Shown piece by piece: positions 9,374-17,582 of a DNA stretch of 18,015 nt. A program made the position numbers and the translations under genes. Numbering within the stretch: the first letter of the stretch is position 1; every line of letters begins with the position of its first letter. The stretch covers positions 1-18,015 of the forward strand of contig CALKOM010000142.1 in NCBI GenBank assembly GCA_938091905.1. Reading direction: 5' to 3'. The stretch comes from an uncultured Verrucomicrobiales bacterium. GTDB taxonomy: Bacteria > Verrucomicrobiota > Verrucomicrobiia > Verrucomicrobiales > DEV007. Below the pieces are notes generated by a model. The model ran no database searches. It was not told the origin of the DNA and was given only the letters and a program-made list of their open reading frames with translations.

Positions 9374-10748
9374 AATGTTCCCCAGATCTGTTACCGTGAT
9401 CTCGAAGAAACAGCGCCCCAAGGAGACACCCGGCAACTGATCTAAATCTCGATAACATACTCGCGAACTTCCGTTGCCCAAAACCACCACTTCTGGCGTC
9501 AGCGCTACCTCCTGCCGCGTGTCAAAATCGAGAGTGTAGCGCAACTGATATTTAAGCCGTTCAACTGCCTGGGGGTTCAGATGCTCTAGTTCGACCTTCC
9601 CTGTCTCTTCGTTATAGAACAGGCGCACGCCTCGGTTGGGCGTCTGCCCATCCTCAGCAAGCAAATCGCTTTCATCAGCTTTCATCCAGAGCGCAAATTC
9701 GACGAGATTCGGCCAACCATCGCCGTCAGGATCATCATTGGGACCATTGAGCCCCTCGAGTGGATGAGATTCCTGCGAATTCCTGAAGGTGACGACCTGC
9801 GTCTCTTGTGGGCTCAAACCGCTGCTGCTCCTAATCTGTCCATCGTTGCCAACGGTCACAATCGTACCTCCATAGATCAACCCACCAGTGCGTCTGGACC
9901 ATCCTCGCGGAGCCTCCCTAGCAAACCAGCGAACGCCATCGACGGATATCGCAACCTGGTTCGGCCCTTGGCTATAATCTCCCATTGCATAGTAAAGATT
10001 TCCTACCCCAACAATTATTGGCATCTCATACGACTGCTGGGGAACCACAATGGGCCGTTCCCAGCTCTCACCATCCAAGGACGTCCATAGCCCCTCGGAT
10101 CGTCGCCAGCCGGCATTGATAAAGCGATCCTTAACCCAGTGCACATGGTTCCATCCTAACTCAGGAGCATTCCCGTCCACCCAATTAAGCCCATCGGTAG
10201 AAATGAGCGTGCCCGTCCAATGGGCAATTACAATCTTGCCGCCACCATAGGAGACACGCAGAAGAAGATCAGTCGTGACTTCTTGTAGCACCGAACTCCA
10301 GGTCACGCCGTGGTCCGCCGACCGGAGAATGAGACCTCCAGAGCCCACTGCTAAGGCAGCATTCCCGACCATCTTGATGTCACGAAGATCCGTAACCGTC
10401 GTTCCCGTTGGGTCAGACGATACACGATGAAAGGGTTCGAGGGCGTCAGCCAGCACGGTCATGGTGTAGTCGCCCCCAGCTGGCCATGCATACGTGAGCA
10501 TCGGCTCCGCAGTGACAAAGAAATCACCGTTCGACAACGTCCACTCAAACGTCAAAGGGTCATTATCCAGATCCGTCGCAGTGACCTCGTAAGTTACCGC
10601 AGCCCCCCCCCCAGCCCCGGGCAATCGCCGTAACAGGTCCAGTGAGCGCCTCAATGACGGGAGGGGCATTCTCTTCCGGACGTGTTGCCCCGGCCAGTGT
10701 TGCAAGCTGGCACAACAGACAAACGCTCAATATAATGGAGGCGGCCAC
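9362..10748 (-). pseudogene. Secreted Ig/PKD + Asp-box (BNR) repeat protein, frameshifted at a G10 tract (phase-OFF or pseudogene)
   Basis: ORF 10748-10563 gives a signal peptide plus NAPPVIEALTGP (start of an Ig/PKD domain). The long frame continues the domain (VTYEVTATDLDNDPLTFEW) just after G10 at 10603-10612; G9 would give one 461-aa ORF. It carries four Asp-box motifs (SADHGVTW, STDGLNW, SLDGESW, SVDGVRW) and DDPDGDGWPNLVEFAL. Confidence 0.8.
10603..10612 (-). repeat. G10 homopolymer tract at the frameshift point
   Basis: C10 on the plus strand (10603-10612), the longest homopolymer I noticed in the window. Confidence 0.95.
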
Positions 10749-10970
10749 AGCTTCAGTTAATCACAGCCAAACTTGCTTTTTATATTTTTAATAATAATCA
10801 TATAAAAAGCTCTGCGCACCCTCATCCTGAGCAGTAGGCAATGCGAATCGTCGCATTGGTATATTGCACTGATAAGTTCGTCACGGTGTCCATGAACTTG
10901 AAGTATTCTAGCGGGGCCATAGACAATCGGACACGGTTAGTAATTTCGTGTTAGCGAGATTTTTGCCTTA

Positions 10971-10988
10971 TTGGCCCGAAAACTGCTT
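10971..10988 (+). promoter_or_regulatory. sigma54 -24/-12 promoter-like motif upstream of rpoN
   Basis: TTGGCCCGAAAACTGCTT has GG (10973-74), N10, GC (10985-86), close to consensus TGGCACG-N4-TTGCW, and lies 40 nt upstream of the rpoN ATG. Confidence 0.6.
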
Positions 10989-11025
10989 GCCACTGGCCTG
11001 TTGGCGTTGACAAGTAAAGTCAAGC

Positions 11026-12471
11026 ATGCCCGACGTCGGTCTCCAGCAGTCTCAGAATCTATCGCAGCAGCAGACCATCACGCCGCAGATGCAGCAGAGT
11101 CTGCAGATACTGCAGGTCGCGGCACTCGACCTGCAGCAGCTGGTCGAGCAAGAGATGCTAGAGAATCCCGTCTTGGAGGACGACCAGCCAGAGCCACCCG
11201 CAGATGACGAACCGGCAGAAGAGATCACGCCCGAGACGGTCGAGGATCGCGAGCGAGAAGAGCGGGAATTCGCTGAAGAGTTCGAAGAACTCGCCCGGTT
11301 AGATGACGACTGGCGCGATCAGATGATTCAAACTCAGCGTGTCTCAACTGGTTCTCAGGAAGAGGACGAGAAACATGCGCACATGCTAGAGTCCATCACG
11401 GCCCCTGAAACATTGCAGGAACATTTGATGCGCCAGTTAGGGGTATCCAGCATCCCCGAAGACGTCCGTAATGCAGCAGAGCTTCTCGTTGGAATGGTCG
11501 ATGATCGTGGCTTTCTCTCAACAACAATCGAGGACATCGCCCTCGCTGAACGGCTCCCATTCGATCCTTTGGACAACGCTTTAGCACTTCTGCAATCTTT
11601 CGATCCAGTCGGTGTCGGCGCATATGATCTGCGCGATTGTCTGATGATTCAATTAGAACGGCTTCAAAAGATCCCCTCGCTTGAATCACGCATCGTCGAC
11701 CATCATCTTGATGATCTTGCTAAGAAGCGCTACCCTATGCTCTCAAAGAAACTTGGCGTAAGTATCGAGCAGCTTGTCCACGCGGCTGACTTCATTAGCA
11801 CCCTCAATCCCTGGCCTGGGAATCAGTTTCGCCCGGACCAGAATACTTACGTCGAACCAGATGTCACCATCCGCCGTGAACAAGGCGACTGGACGATCAC
11901 GCTAAACAACACGCATATTCCTCAGCTACGAATCAGCAACACCTACAAGGACGTCATGTCTGATGGAGGGAGCAACACCGAGACGCGCCGCTACATCCGA
12001 GAGAGAATCCGCAGTGGAAAGTTTCTCATTCGAAGTATCTACCAACGTCAGGAAACGATCGAGAAGATCGCTCGCGAGATCGTCAAACATCAGGAAGACT
12101 TCTTCCTCAACGGCCCAGCACACCTGCGCCCACTCAACATGGCGACCGTGGCCGACGCCATTGGAGTCCACGAGACCACCGTTTCACGCGCAGTGAACGG
12201 CAAGTATGCCAACACACCGCAAGGGGTCTTTGAACTCAAGTATTTCTTTACCACCGGCTACCAGACGAAAGACGGTGAATCTTTGAGTAACACGAGCGTC
12301 AAGAATGCCCTCCTTAGCCTGGTAAAAGAGGAACCTACCGGCAAAGCCTACAGCGACCTCGAGCTCGTCAAACTGCTCAAGGAGCAGGGTATCCCCATTG
12401 CACGCCGGACGGTCGCCAAGTACCGGAAAGAACTGAATATCCTGCCAAGTAACATGCGGCGGAAGTTCTAA
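11026..12471 (+). CDS. rpoN: RNA polymerase sigma-54 factor
   Basis: Gln-rich region I (QQSQNLSQQQTITPQMQQSLQILQ), acidic region II, DPVGVGAYDLRDCL, HTH HETTVSRA and the RpoN box ARRTVAKYR. Confidence 0.99.
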   Translation: MPDVGLQQSQNLSQQQTITPQMQQSLQILQVAALDLQQLVEQEMLENPVLEDDQPEPPADDEPAEEITPETVEDREREEREFAEEFEELARLDDDWRDQMIQTQRVSTGSQEEDEKHAHMLESITAPETLQEHLMRQLGVSSIPEDVRNAAELLVGMVDDRGFLSTTIEDIALAERLPFDPLDNALALLQSFDPVGVGAYDLRDCLMIQLERLQKIPSLESRIVDHHLDDLAKKRYPMLSKKLGVSIEQLVHAADFISTLNPWPGNQFRPDQNTYVEPDVTIRREQGDWTITLNNTHIPQLRISNTYKDVMSDGGSNTETRRYIRERIRSGKFLIRSIYQRQETIEKIAREIVKHQEDFFLNGPAHLRPLNMATVADAIGVHETTVSRAVNGKYANTPQGVFELKYFFTTGYQTKDGESLSNTSVKNALLSLVKEEPTGKAYSDLELVKLLKEQGIPIARRTVAKYRKELNILPSNMRRKF

Positions 12472-12562
12472 CTCATTGGGAGTTGCTACGATTCCATCAA
12501 GCAACTCCCCGCACACACAACATCTTGCCAAATGGCAGGACACAGAAATACTGACCTCTGTC

Positions 12563-13267
12563 ATGGAATATCAACTTACCGACACTGAAGTCCGCATCCT
12601 CGGAGCACTCATTGAGAAGGAGATGACCACTCCCCTTTCCTACCCGCTCACTCTGAACAGCGTCGTCACCGCGTGCAATCAGAAGAGCAATCGCCTACCA
12701 GTTGTCAGTTACGACGACGCAACGGCCAGCAACGCCCTCGATAGCTTACGTGACAAGCGACTGGTCGAATCTGTCTTTCCCGGCAGCTCGCGTTCCGGAA
12801 AGTACAAACACAACTTCGCTTACAAGTATGGCCTCAACGGCAAACTGCAGGCTTTGTTAGGTGTGCTCATGCTTCGTGGCCCTCAGACGGCTGGCGAACT
12901 TCGTACGCGCACCGAGCGCATGGCTCGCTTCGATTCCCTCCCAGCAGTCATTGAGCACCTCGACGAACTGATTCAACGCGAAGAAGGTGCCCTCGTCATC
13001 CTGTTGCCACCAGGCCCAGGTCAGAAAGAGAGACGCTACGCGCACCTACTCTCGGGTGAACCCAAGCTGTCATCAGTGCCCAGTGGCTACGAAACCTCTG
13101 CTCCTGCCATTCCTGACACGATCACTGAGGAACGTATTTTATCTCTCGAAGAAACCGTCGCCACCCTGCAGGCGGAAATGACGGGTTTGCGAAATCAGCT
13201 CGGCATCCCTAGCAGTACTGCTAGGGACTCTTCCGATGCTGGTTCCGATTTCCCAGCACACTCATAA
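12563..13267 (+). CDS. DUF480 / YceH-family protein
   Basis: EVRILGALIEKEMTTPLSYPLTLNSVVTACNQKSNR.PV, LMLRGPQTAGELRTRTERM and GQKERRYAHLLSG. Start placed at ATG 12563. The 3' end overlaps the convergent gene by 47 nt. Confidence 0.95.
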   Translation: MEYQLTDTEVRILGALIEKEMTTPLSYPLTLNSVVTACNQKSNRLPVVSYDDATASNALDSLRDKRLVESVFPGSSRSGKYKHNFAYKYGLNGKLQALLGVLMLRGPQTAGELRTRTERMARFDSLPAVIEHLDELIQREEGALVILLPPGPGQKERRYAHLLSGEPKLSSVPSGYETSAPAIPDTITEERILSLEETVATLQAEMTGLRNQLGIPSSTARDSSDAGSDFPAHS

Positions 13268-13937
13268 GCAAGACAAAGAAGCAGAGCGCTAGGTTAAACA
13301 AAGGAATCTGCAGTGGAGACGGTAAGGAATAGATGATCGCCGTCGCCGGGATCCACACGATCCAGGTGGCCACGAGGAAACTCATCACTTCAATAAGAAA
13401 AGACTTCCTGTCGTTCGCTGCGCGATAGGATCGCCACGAGAAGCGATAGTCACGCCAACTATAGAAGAAGGCGCACACCGGCGAAGCCCACAGCACACAA
13501 TAGATGAACTGATCGACCAACACCTTCTTGATCACGACTGACGCGGAAGCCTCACTGCCAAACAGCTCAGCTTGAAGCCGGTAAAACGCATCCACTTCAA
13601 TACCACGCCAAAGCCAAAAGAAGATCGAGAACAAGGCATACGCTCGGACCATTCCGTTAGGCACTTGCCCGGTTAGCAAGTGCACGACATAGGGAATAAG
13701 CCCGCCGAAGACCACGGTCGCAATTCCAGAATAAACGTAGCCGTGCTGCTCTTTCAGCTGCGCCACACTCATAAAGAAATCCCTTGCGGGCTCGAAGTAA
13801 TAATAGAGGAGCACGACAAGCAACCCGACAGCCTGCAAGATCAGCCCAGGCAAGAGGTTCGCCTTCGCTGCCGCCGCATTGCGTGCCCAAAGAGTTCGCC
13901 AGACAGATACGCCAGCCCCACTACTCCTAGCTTCCAT
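13221..13937 (-). CDS. Mpv17/PMP22-family integral membrane protein (238 aa)
   Basis: Several TM segments; KKVLVDQFIY and WIVWIPATAIIYSLPSPLQIPLFNL resemble conserved Mpv17/PMP22 motifs. Confidence 0.8.
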   Translation of the reverse strand: MEARSSGAGVSVWRTLWARNAAAAKANLLPGLILQAVGLLVVLLYYYFEPARDFFMSVAQLKEQHGYVYSGIATVVFGGLIPYVVHLLTGQVPNGMVRAYALFSIFFWLWRGIEVDAFYRLQAELFGSEASASVVIKKVLVDQFIYCVLWASPVCAFFYSWRDYRFSWRSYRAANDRKSFLIEVMSFLVATWIVWIPATAIIYSLPSPLQIPLFNLALCFFVLLMSVLGNRNQHRKSP

Positions 13938-14010
13938 TCATAATCCTGTTCCGCCCTCCTACACGCCAAGTCAATCAAGTTCTAAAATCCATCTACAATG
14001 TGATTTGACG

Positions 14011-14786
14011 ATGGACTCTCAAAACGACCTTCACCATTACAGAACACTTGAAACAACAGAATCCCGTTGGAATTCCTTGGCCGAACAAGATGGCAATCAA
14101 GTCGTATCCTTCATCTTGTGGATAAAAAACGGTGAAAGTGGATTCGGTGCCGTGTGGATAGCTGAGGAAAGTGAAACGATTTCACGCCTAGGTACAATCC
14201 AAGTCGTCAAGCCGGAGGAGGACACTACGGAGGTGCTGACACTCTTCGAAACCGAACGCCGGCAACTGGTGACTCACTCTATCATCGCGAGAGCTCTCTC
14301 TGCTCTCATCGATCCAGCGAAGCTCGACACCCTCCAGAGTGACCGTGCAGCCAACCCTAGGCTCAGAAAAGCTTGCTACTGGCTCCACGTTGCCAAGATG
14401 GATGAATTCCCCCAGCTTCTGTTGTCGATGCTACAGGGCACGCCAGGACGCCACGCGGACAAGTGGCGAAGGAGTCGCTCTTACGGAATCTCACCATCCT
14501 GGAGCGGCTCGGATGCTTCATACCTGACAATCTAGCCAAACTTCGTAGAGGGCGTGCTCCCACCATCACACGCGGGCCGTACGCGGGAGAGATCGCTGAG
14601 GTGGATCATATCGTGCCTGTGTCCGTTGCACCCGAGTTTGGCAATTGGATCGGCAACCTTGAGTTCATGCCTCAAACGCTCAACCGCAGGAAGAGCGACA
14701 AGATGGGTGAGCGGCAACGAGCGATGTTGGGAAGCTCAGGGCAGCATCTGAGAAACCTTGAAACCCATGTCCGTTTCTTTTGGTAA
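14011..14786 (+). pseudogene. HNH-like (His-Me finger) nuclease-domain protein split by a 1-nt frameshift
   Basis: Frame 1 (..LIDPAKLDTL..AANPRLRKACYWLHVAKMD) joins the second frame (IPPASVVDATGHARTPRGQVAKESLLRNL..EVDHIVP..GNLEFMPQTLNRRKSDK) if one base is added at ~14404. DHIVP...NL...N..K is an HNH-type core. Restored length 258 aa. Confidence 0.7.
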
Positions 14787-14869
14787 TCTGCGCATGAGGA
14801 GATGACGCCAGGCGGTCAGCAGCCTGAACTACCTTGGCAAGAATGCCAAGAACTCTATCCGCTTGGACA

Positions 14870-16152
14870 ATGAAGTTTCATCTATCTATTTGGCTCTTCG
14901 CCATTACCACGGTGTTTACTCTCACCTCTGCGCATGGACAGACGCCTGGCACGCTAAATGCGGCATTAGAGCAGAGAATTGAGGATTTGAAGGGTGACAT
15001 CGAGTTCATCGGGGAGGGTGAAGGGCTCATTGAACCACTGAATGAACTTGGTCGGGCCTACCAGGCTCTTGGCCAATATGACAAGGCTGCTGCGGAGTAT
15101 CAACGAGCGTTGAAATTGTCGGAAAAGGTTCATGGGAAACAGAGTTCAGACGTGGCAACCTCCCTCAACAACCTAGCGGGTGCCCTGAAAGACCAGGGCA
15201 AGTATACGAAGGCGGAGGCCATGCACCGGGAGGCGCTCGCGATGCGGATAAAGCTGTTTGGGGTGGAGCACTCGGCCGTGGCAACCTCTCTCAACAACCT
15301 GGCGTTAGTCCTGGATGACCAGGGCAAGTATGCGGAGGCAGAGGCCATGTCCCGGCAGGCGCTCGCGATGCGGATAAAGCTACTCGGCGCGGAGCACCCA
15401 GACGTGGCAACCTCTCTCAACAACCTGGCGTTAGTCCTGGATGACCAGAGCAAGTATGCGGAGGCGGAGGCCATGTTCAGGGAGGCGCTTGCATTGGCCA
15501 AGAAGCTACTCGGCGCAGAGCACCCACAAGTGGCAACATGCCTCAACAACCTAGCGTCCACCCTGGATGACCAGGGCAAGTATGCGGAGGCGGAGGCCAT
15601 GTTCAGGGAGGCGCTTGCATTGGCCAAGAAGCTACTCGGCGCAGAGCACCCACAAGTGGCGGGCGGACTCAGCAACCTAGCGCTCGTCCTAAACAACCAG
15701 ACCAAGTATGAGGAGGCGGAAGCCATATCCCGGCAGGCGCTGGCATTGGCCAAGAGGCTCGTAGGCGAGGAGCACCCTGTTGTCGCATCCTGCTCCAGTG
15801 TATTAGAAAAGTGCTCAGCGGTCGGGGCAAATAAGTGGAGGCTGATCAGCATTTCGAGCGCGCGTTGGCTATCTGCGAGAAGCAGTTCGGCAAAGGGCAT
15901 GTCAATACGGCGAAAGTGCTAATCGGGTTCGCCGAATCTCAGCAAAAGCGGGGCAACCACGCGAAAGCGAAGCTACTGGCCGAGAGAGCCCTAGCCATCC
16001 GAGAGAAGGCTCTCCCACTCGGACATCTCGATCTAGCCGACACACTAGAGCCCCAAGCAGAAATCCACACCGGACTTCGGGACACCAAAGAGACTAATAG
16101 ATACGCTTCTCGGGCGAAAGTTATCCGTGAGAAGCCATCAACGCGCCGCTAA
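14870..16152 (+). pseudogene. Secreted tetratricopeptide-repeat protein (42-aa kinesin-light-chain-like repeats) with damaged C-terminus
   Basis: Signal peptide MKFHLSIWLFAITTVFTLTSAHG and repeats of HP.VATSLNNLA..L.DQGKY.EAEAM.R.AL. The repeat register shifts frame at ~15806-15810, and there is an in-frame TAA at 15832 (GK*VEADQHFERAL, where GKY is expected). A truncated product ending at 15922 may still be made. Confidence 0.85.
15140..15790 (+). repeat. ~5 tandem 126-bp repeats encoding TPR units
   Basis: Period 126 bp; 15436-15534 and 15562-15660 differ at 1 of 99 positions. Confidence 0.92.
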
Positions 16153-16506
16153 TGAGTGCAAGAGAGAAGGGACTGCTTGGAGCAAGGAAACGCTGGGGAA
16201 CGTCTGAAGTGGTCGACGACAGCAACCAAGCCAACAGGCGCACCAAATGAACGCCATCCTCACCGTTGAACCCACGCTCCCAGCCGCTCGCCGAACAACT
16301 TGATGGCTGATTGTCGCTTCGGGTTGCCAAGCACGAGAGCAATGAGGGATTCGGATTCATCGCCAATCCATGCCGGTAGCACCGGGACCGATTCGGGAAA
16401 TCGCAGAATTGCAGGCGCGCACGTCACTCCATTCATTTGCTATCATGAAGGTGGATGTCTTCATACTTGGACAGGCTCGGAAAGAAGCTGAACGTCGGTC
16501 ACGCCG

Positions 16507-16525
16507 GGCAGGTTAACAACCTGCC
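16507..16525. repeat. Perfect hairpin GGCAGGTT-AAC-AACCTGCC (REP-like or terminator)
   Basis: 8-bp perfect inverted repeat with a 3-nt loop, 38 nt downstream of the stop of the minus-strand gene ending at 16563. No U-tract follows. Confidence 0.5.
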
Positions 16526-16562
16526 AGATCTTTGTGGGAGCATTCGGGAATTCAGTCTGTCC

Positions 16563-17210
16563 CTACCGTTTGGAACCGCCTTTAAGAAACTTCTCTTTCT
16601 CGCGTTGCTTTTCCTTTGGCGAATAACTGGCGTTTGGCTTCAGCACAGTCCGCTTCTTCTTGTTGTCAGCAACGCTAGCTTTGATCTGGCTACCGTCCTT
16701 CTCAAAAGTACAGAAATAGATCTTGTCCCCTGTATTCGTATCAAGAACCATCCGATCTCCTTCGATCTTGTAGGTGCCATAGGCCTCCCTCCTCAATGCA
16801 TCTCTGATCAAGAGCTTGCCTTCCTTGTCGAACCAAATAGCCCCCGCGTCCAAAAAGTCGAAGGACCATGGAGATCCAGAAATCAATTTGGTCTGATAGA
16901 GGCTCGCTGAAGTCATAGCCTCCGCAGCCCCATTCTTGACAGTGGTCGTTCTGAGGGAGTCCAACTGCTGAGCGGCGGTTTCATACTCCTTCCGCACCTC
17001 AAGCGCGTTATCGAGATTCCCAGCTTTTGTGTAGGTAGTCTCTAACCTCTTCAGAGCCTTCAGGTAGGAAGTGCAGAGCGGCTTCAGTGCCGCCTTCTTT
17101 TCTACCTCCATCCTCTCCTTTAGCTCCACTAACTCCACTAACTCAGGGGGAGCCGAAATCGCCAAGCTAGCCAGAGCAGCAAACAGGAAAGAACTCAGTC
17201 CCTTGGTCAT
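16563..17210 (-). CDS. Hypothetical secreted protein (215 aa)
   Basis: Signal peptide MTKGLSSFLFAALASLAISA, a helical coiled-coil segment (YLKALKRLETTYTKAGNLDNALEVRKE) and a beta-rich C-terminal domain. Confidence 0.8.
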   Translation of the reverse strand: MTKGLSSFLFAALASLAISAPPELVELVELKERMEVEKKAALKPLCTSYLKALKRLETTYTKAGNLDNALEVRKEYETAAQQLDSLRTTTVKNGAAEAMTSASLYQTKLISGSPWSFDFLDAGAIWFDKEGKLLIRDALRREAYGTYKIEGDRMVLDTNTGDKIYFCTFEKDGSQIKASVADNKKKRTVLKPNASYSPKEKQREKEKFLKGGSKR

Positions 17211-17272
17211 GGTATGATCCTATCATAGTCGGCACAATCAGCAACGAACGCCTATGGACGACGGCGGAAACA

Positions 17273-17335
17273 GTGCACAATTTGGTGCACATTAATTACC
17301 TCTGTGATTGTAGAACCTTCGTAAAGCCTTTGATT
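17273..17335. promoter_or_regulatory. Paired direct repeats and IHF-like site next to the tRNA-Cys-like fragment
   Basis: GTGCACA at 17273 and 17285. The minus strand reads AATCAA-AGGC-TTT (17335-17323), one mismatch to the IHF consensus WATCAANNNNTTR. Confidence 0.5.
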
Positions 17336-17352
17336 ATAAGGTCTTGCGGAAA

Positions 17353-17382
17353 TGGAGGCGAGGGCGGGAATCGAACCCGCGA
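17353..17382 (-). mobile_element. tRNA 3'-end fragment (probably tRNA-Cys), att-site remnant
   Basis: Minus strand TCGCGGGTTCGATTCCCGCCCTCGCCTCCA is a T-arm, a 3' acceptor strand, a U discriminator and CCA. No anticodon or D arm lies upstream. Cys is inferred from U73 and the CGCC acceptor end; Gly is an alternative. Confidence 0.75.
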
Positions 17383-17534
17383 TCAGAGTCTATCCGGAGC
17401 GGCCATTTAGTTGTTCGGGGAATCGCGAACTGGACGATGATCACATCGTAGAAAGACGAGCTAAATCTGTTGCCCATTTGTTGCCCGTTTTAGGTGCATT
17501 TGACTGCATTTTGCGGGTATTTCCTTATAATTCC

Positions 17535-17578
17535 CAGAATCCCCTCTCATCTCAGAATTCCCTCTCATCTCAGAATTC
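17535..17578 (+). repeat. 18-bp tandem repeat, ~2.4 copies
   Basis: CAGAATCCCCTCTCATCT / CAGAATTCCCTCTCATCT / CAGAATTC. Confidence 0.9.
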
Positions 17579-17582
17579 TCCC

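Noticed and set aside
10613..10705. ORF-track N-terminus MQHWPGQHVRK... of the 447-aa ORF
   Set aside because: Out-of-frame read of the true signal-peptide region; the real N-terminus is in the 10748 frame.
15130..15900. 256-aa antisense ORF with repeats
   Set aside because: Shadow of the TPR repeat array on the opposite strand; its periodicity is fully explained by the 126-bp repeats.
16455..16910. 151-aa plus-strand ORF
   Set aside because: Largely antisense to the 215-aa secreted protein, which has a clear signal peptide and better protein-like composition.
15140..17580. CRISPR array or DGR template/variable repeat pair
   Set aside because: The repeats are contiguous coding units or short tandem copies without unique spacers. 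There is no cas or reverse transcriptase gene in the window, and no separate non-coding template copy with adenine-specific mismatches.
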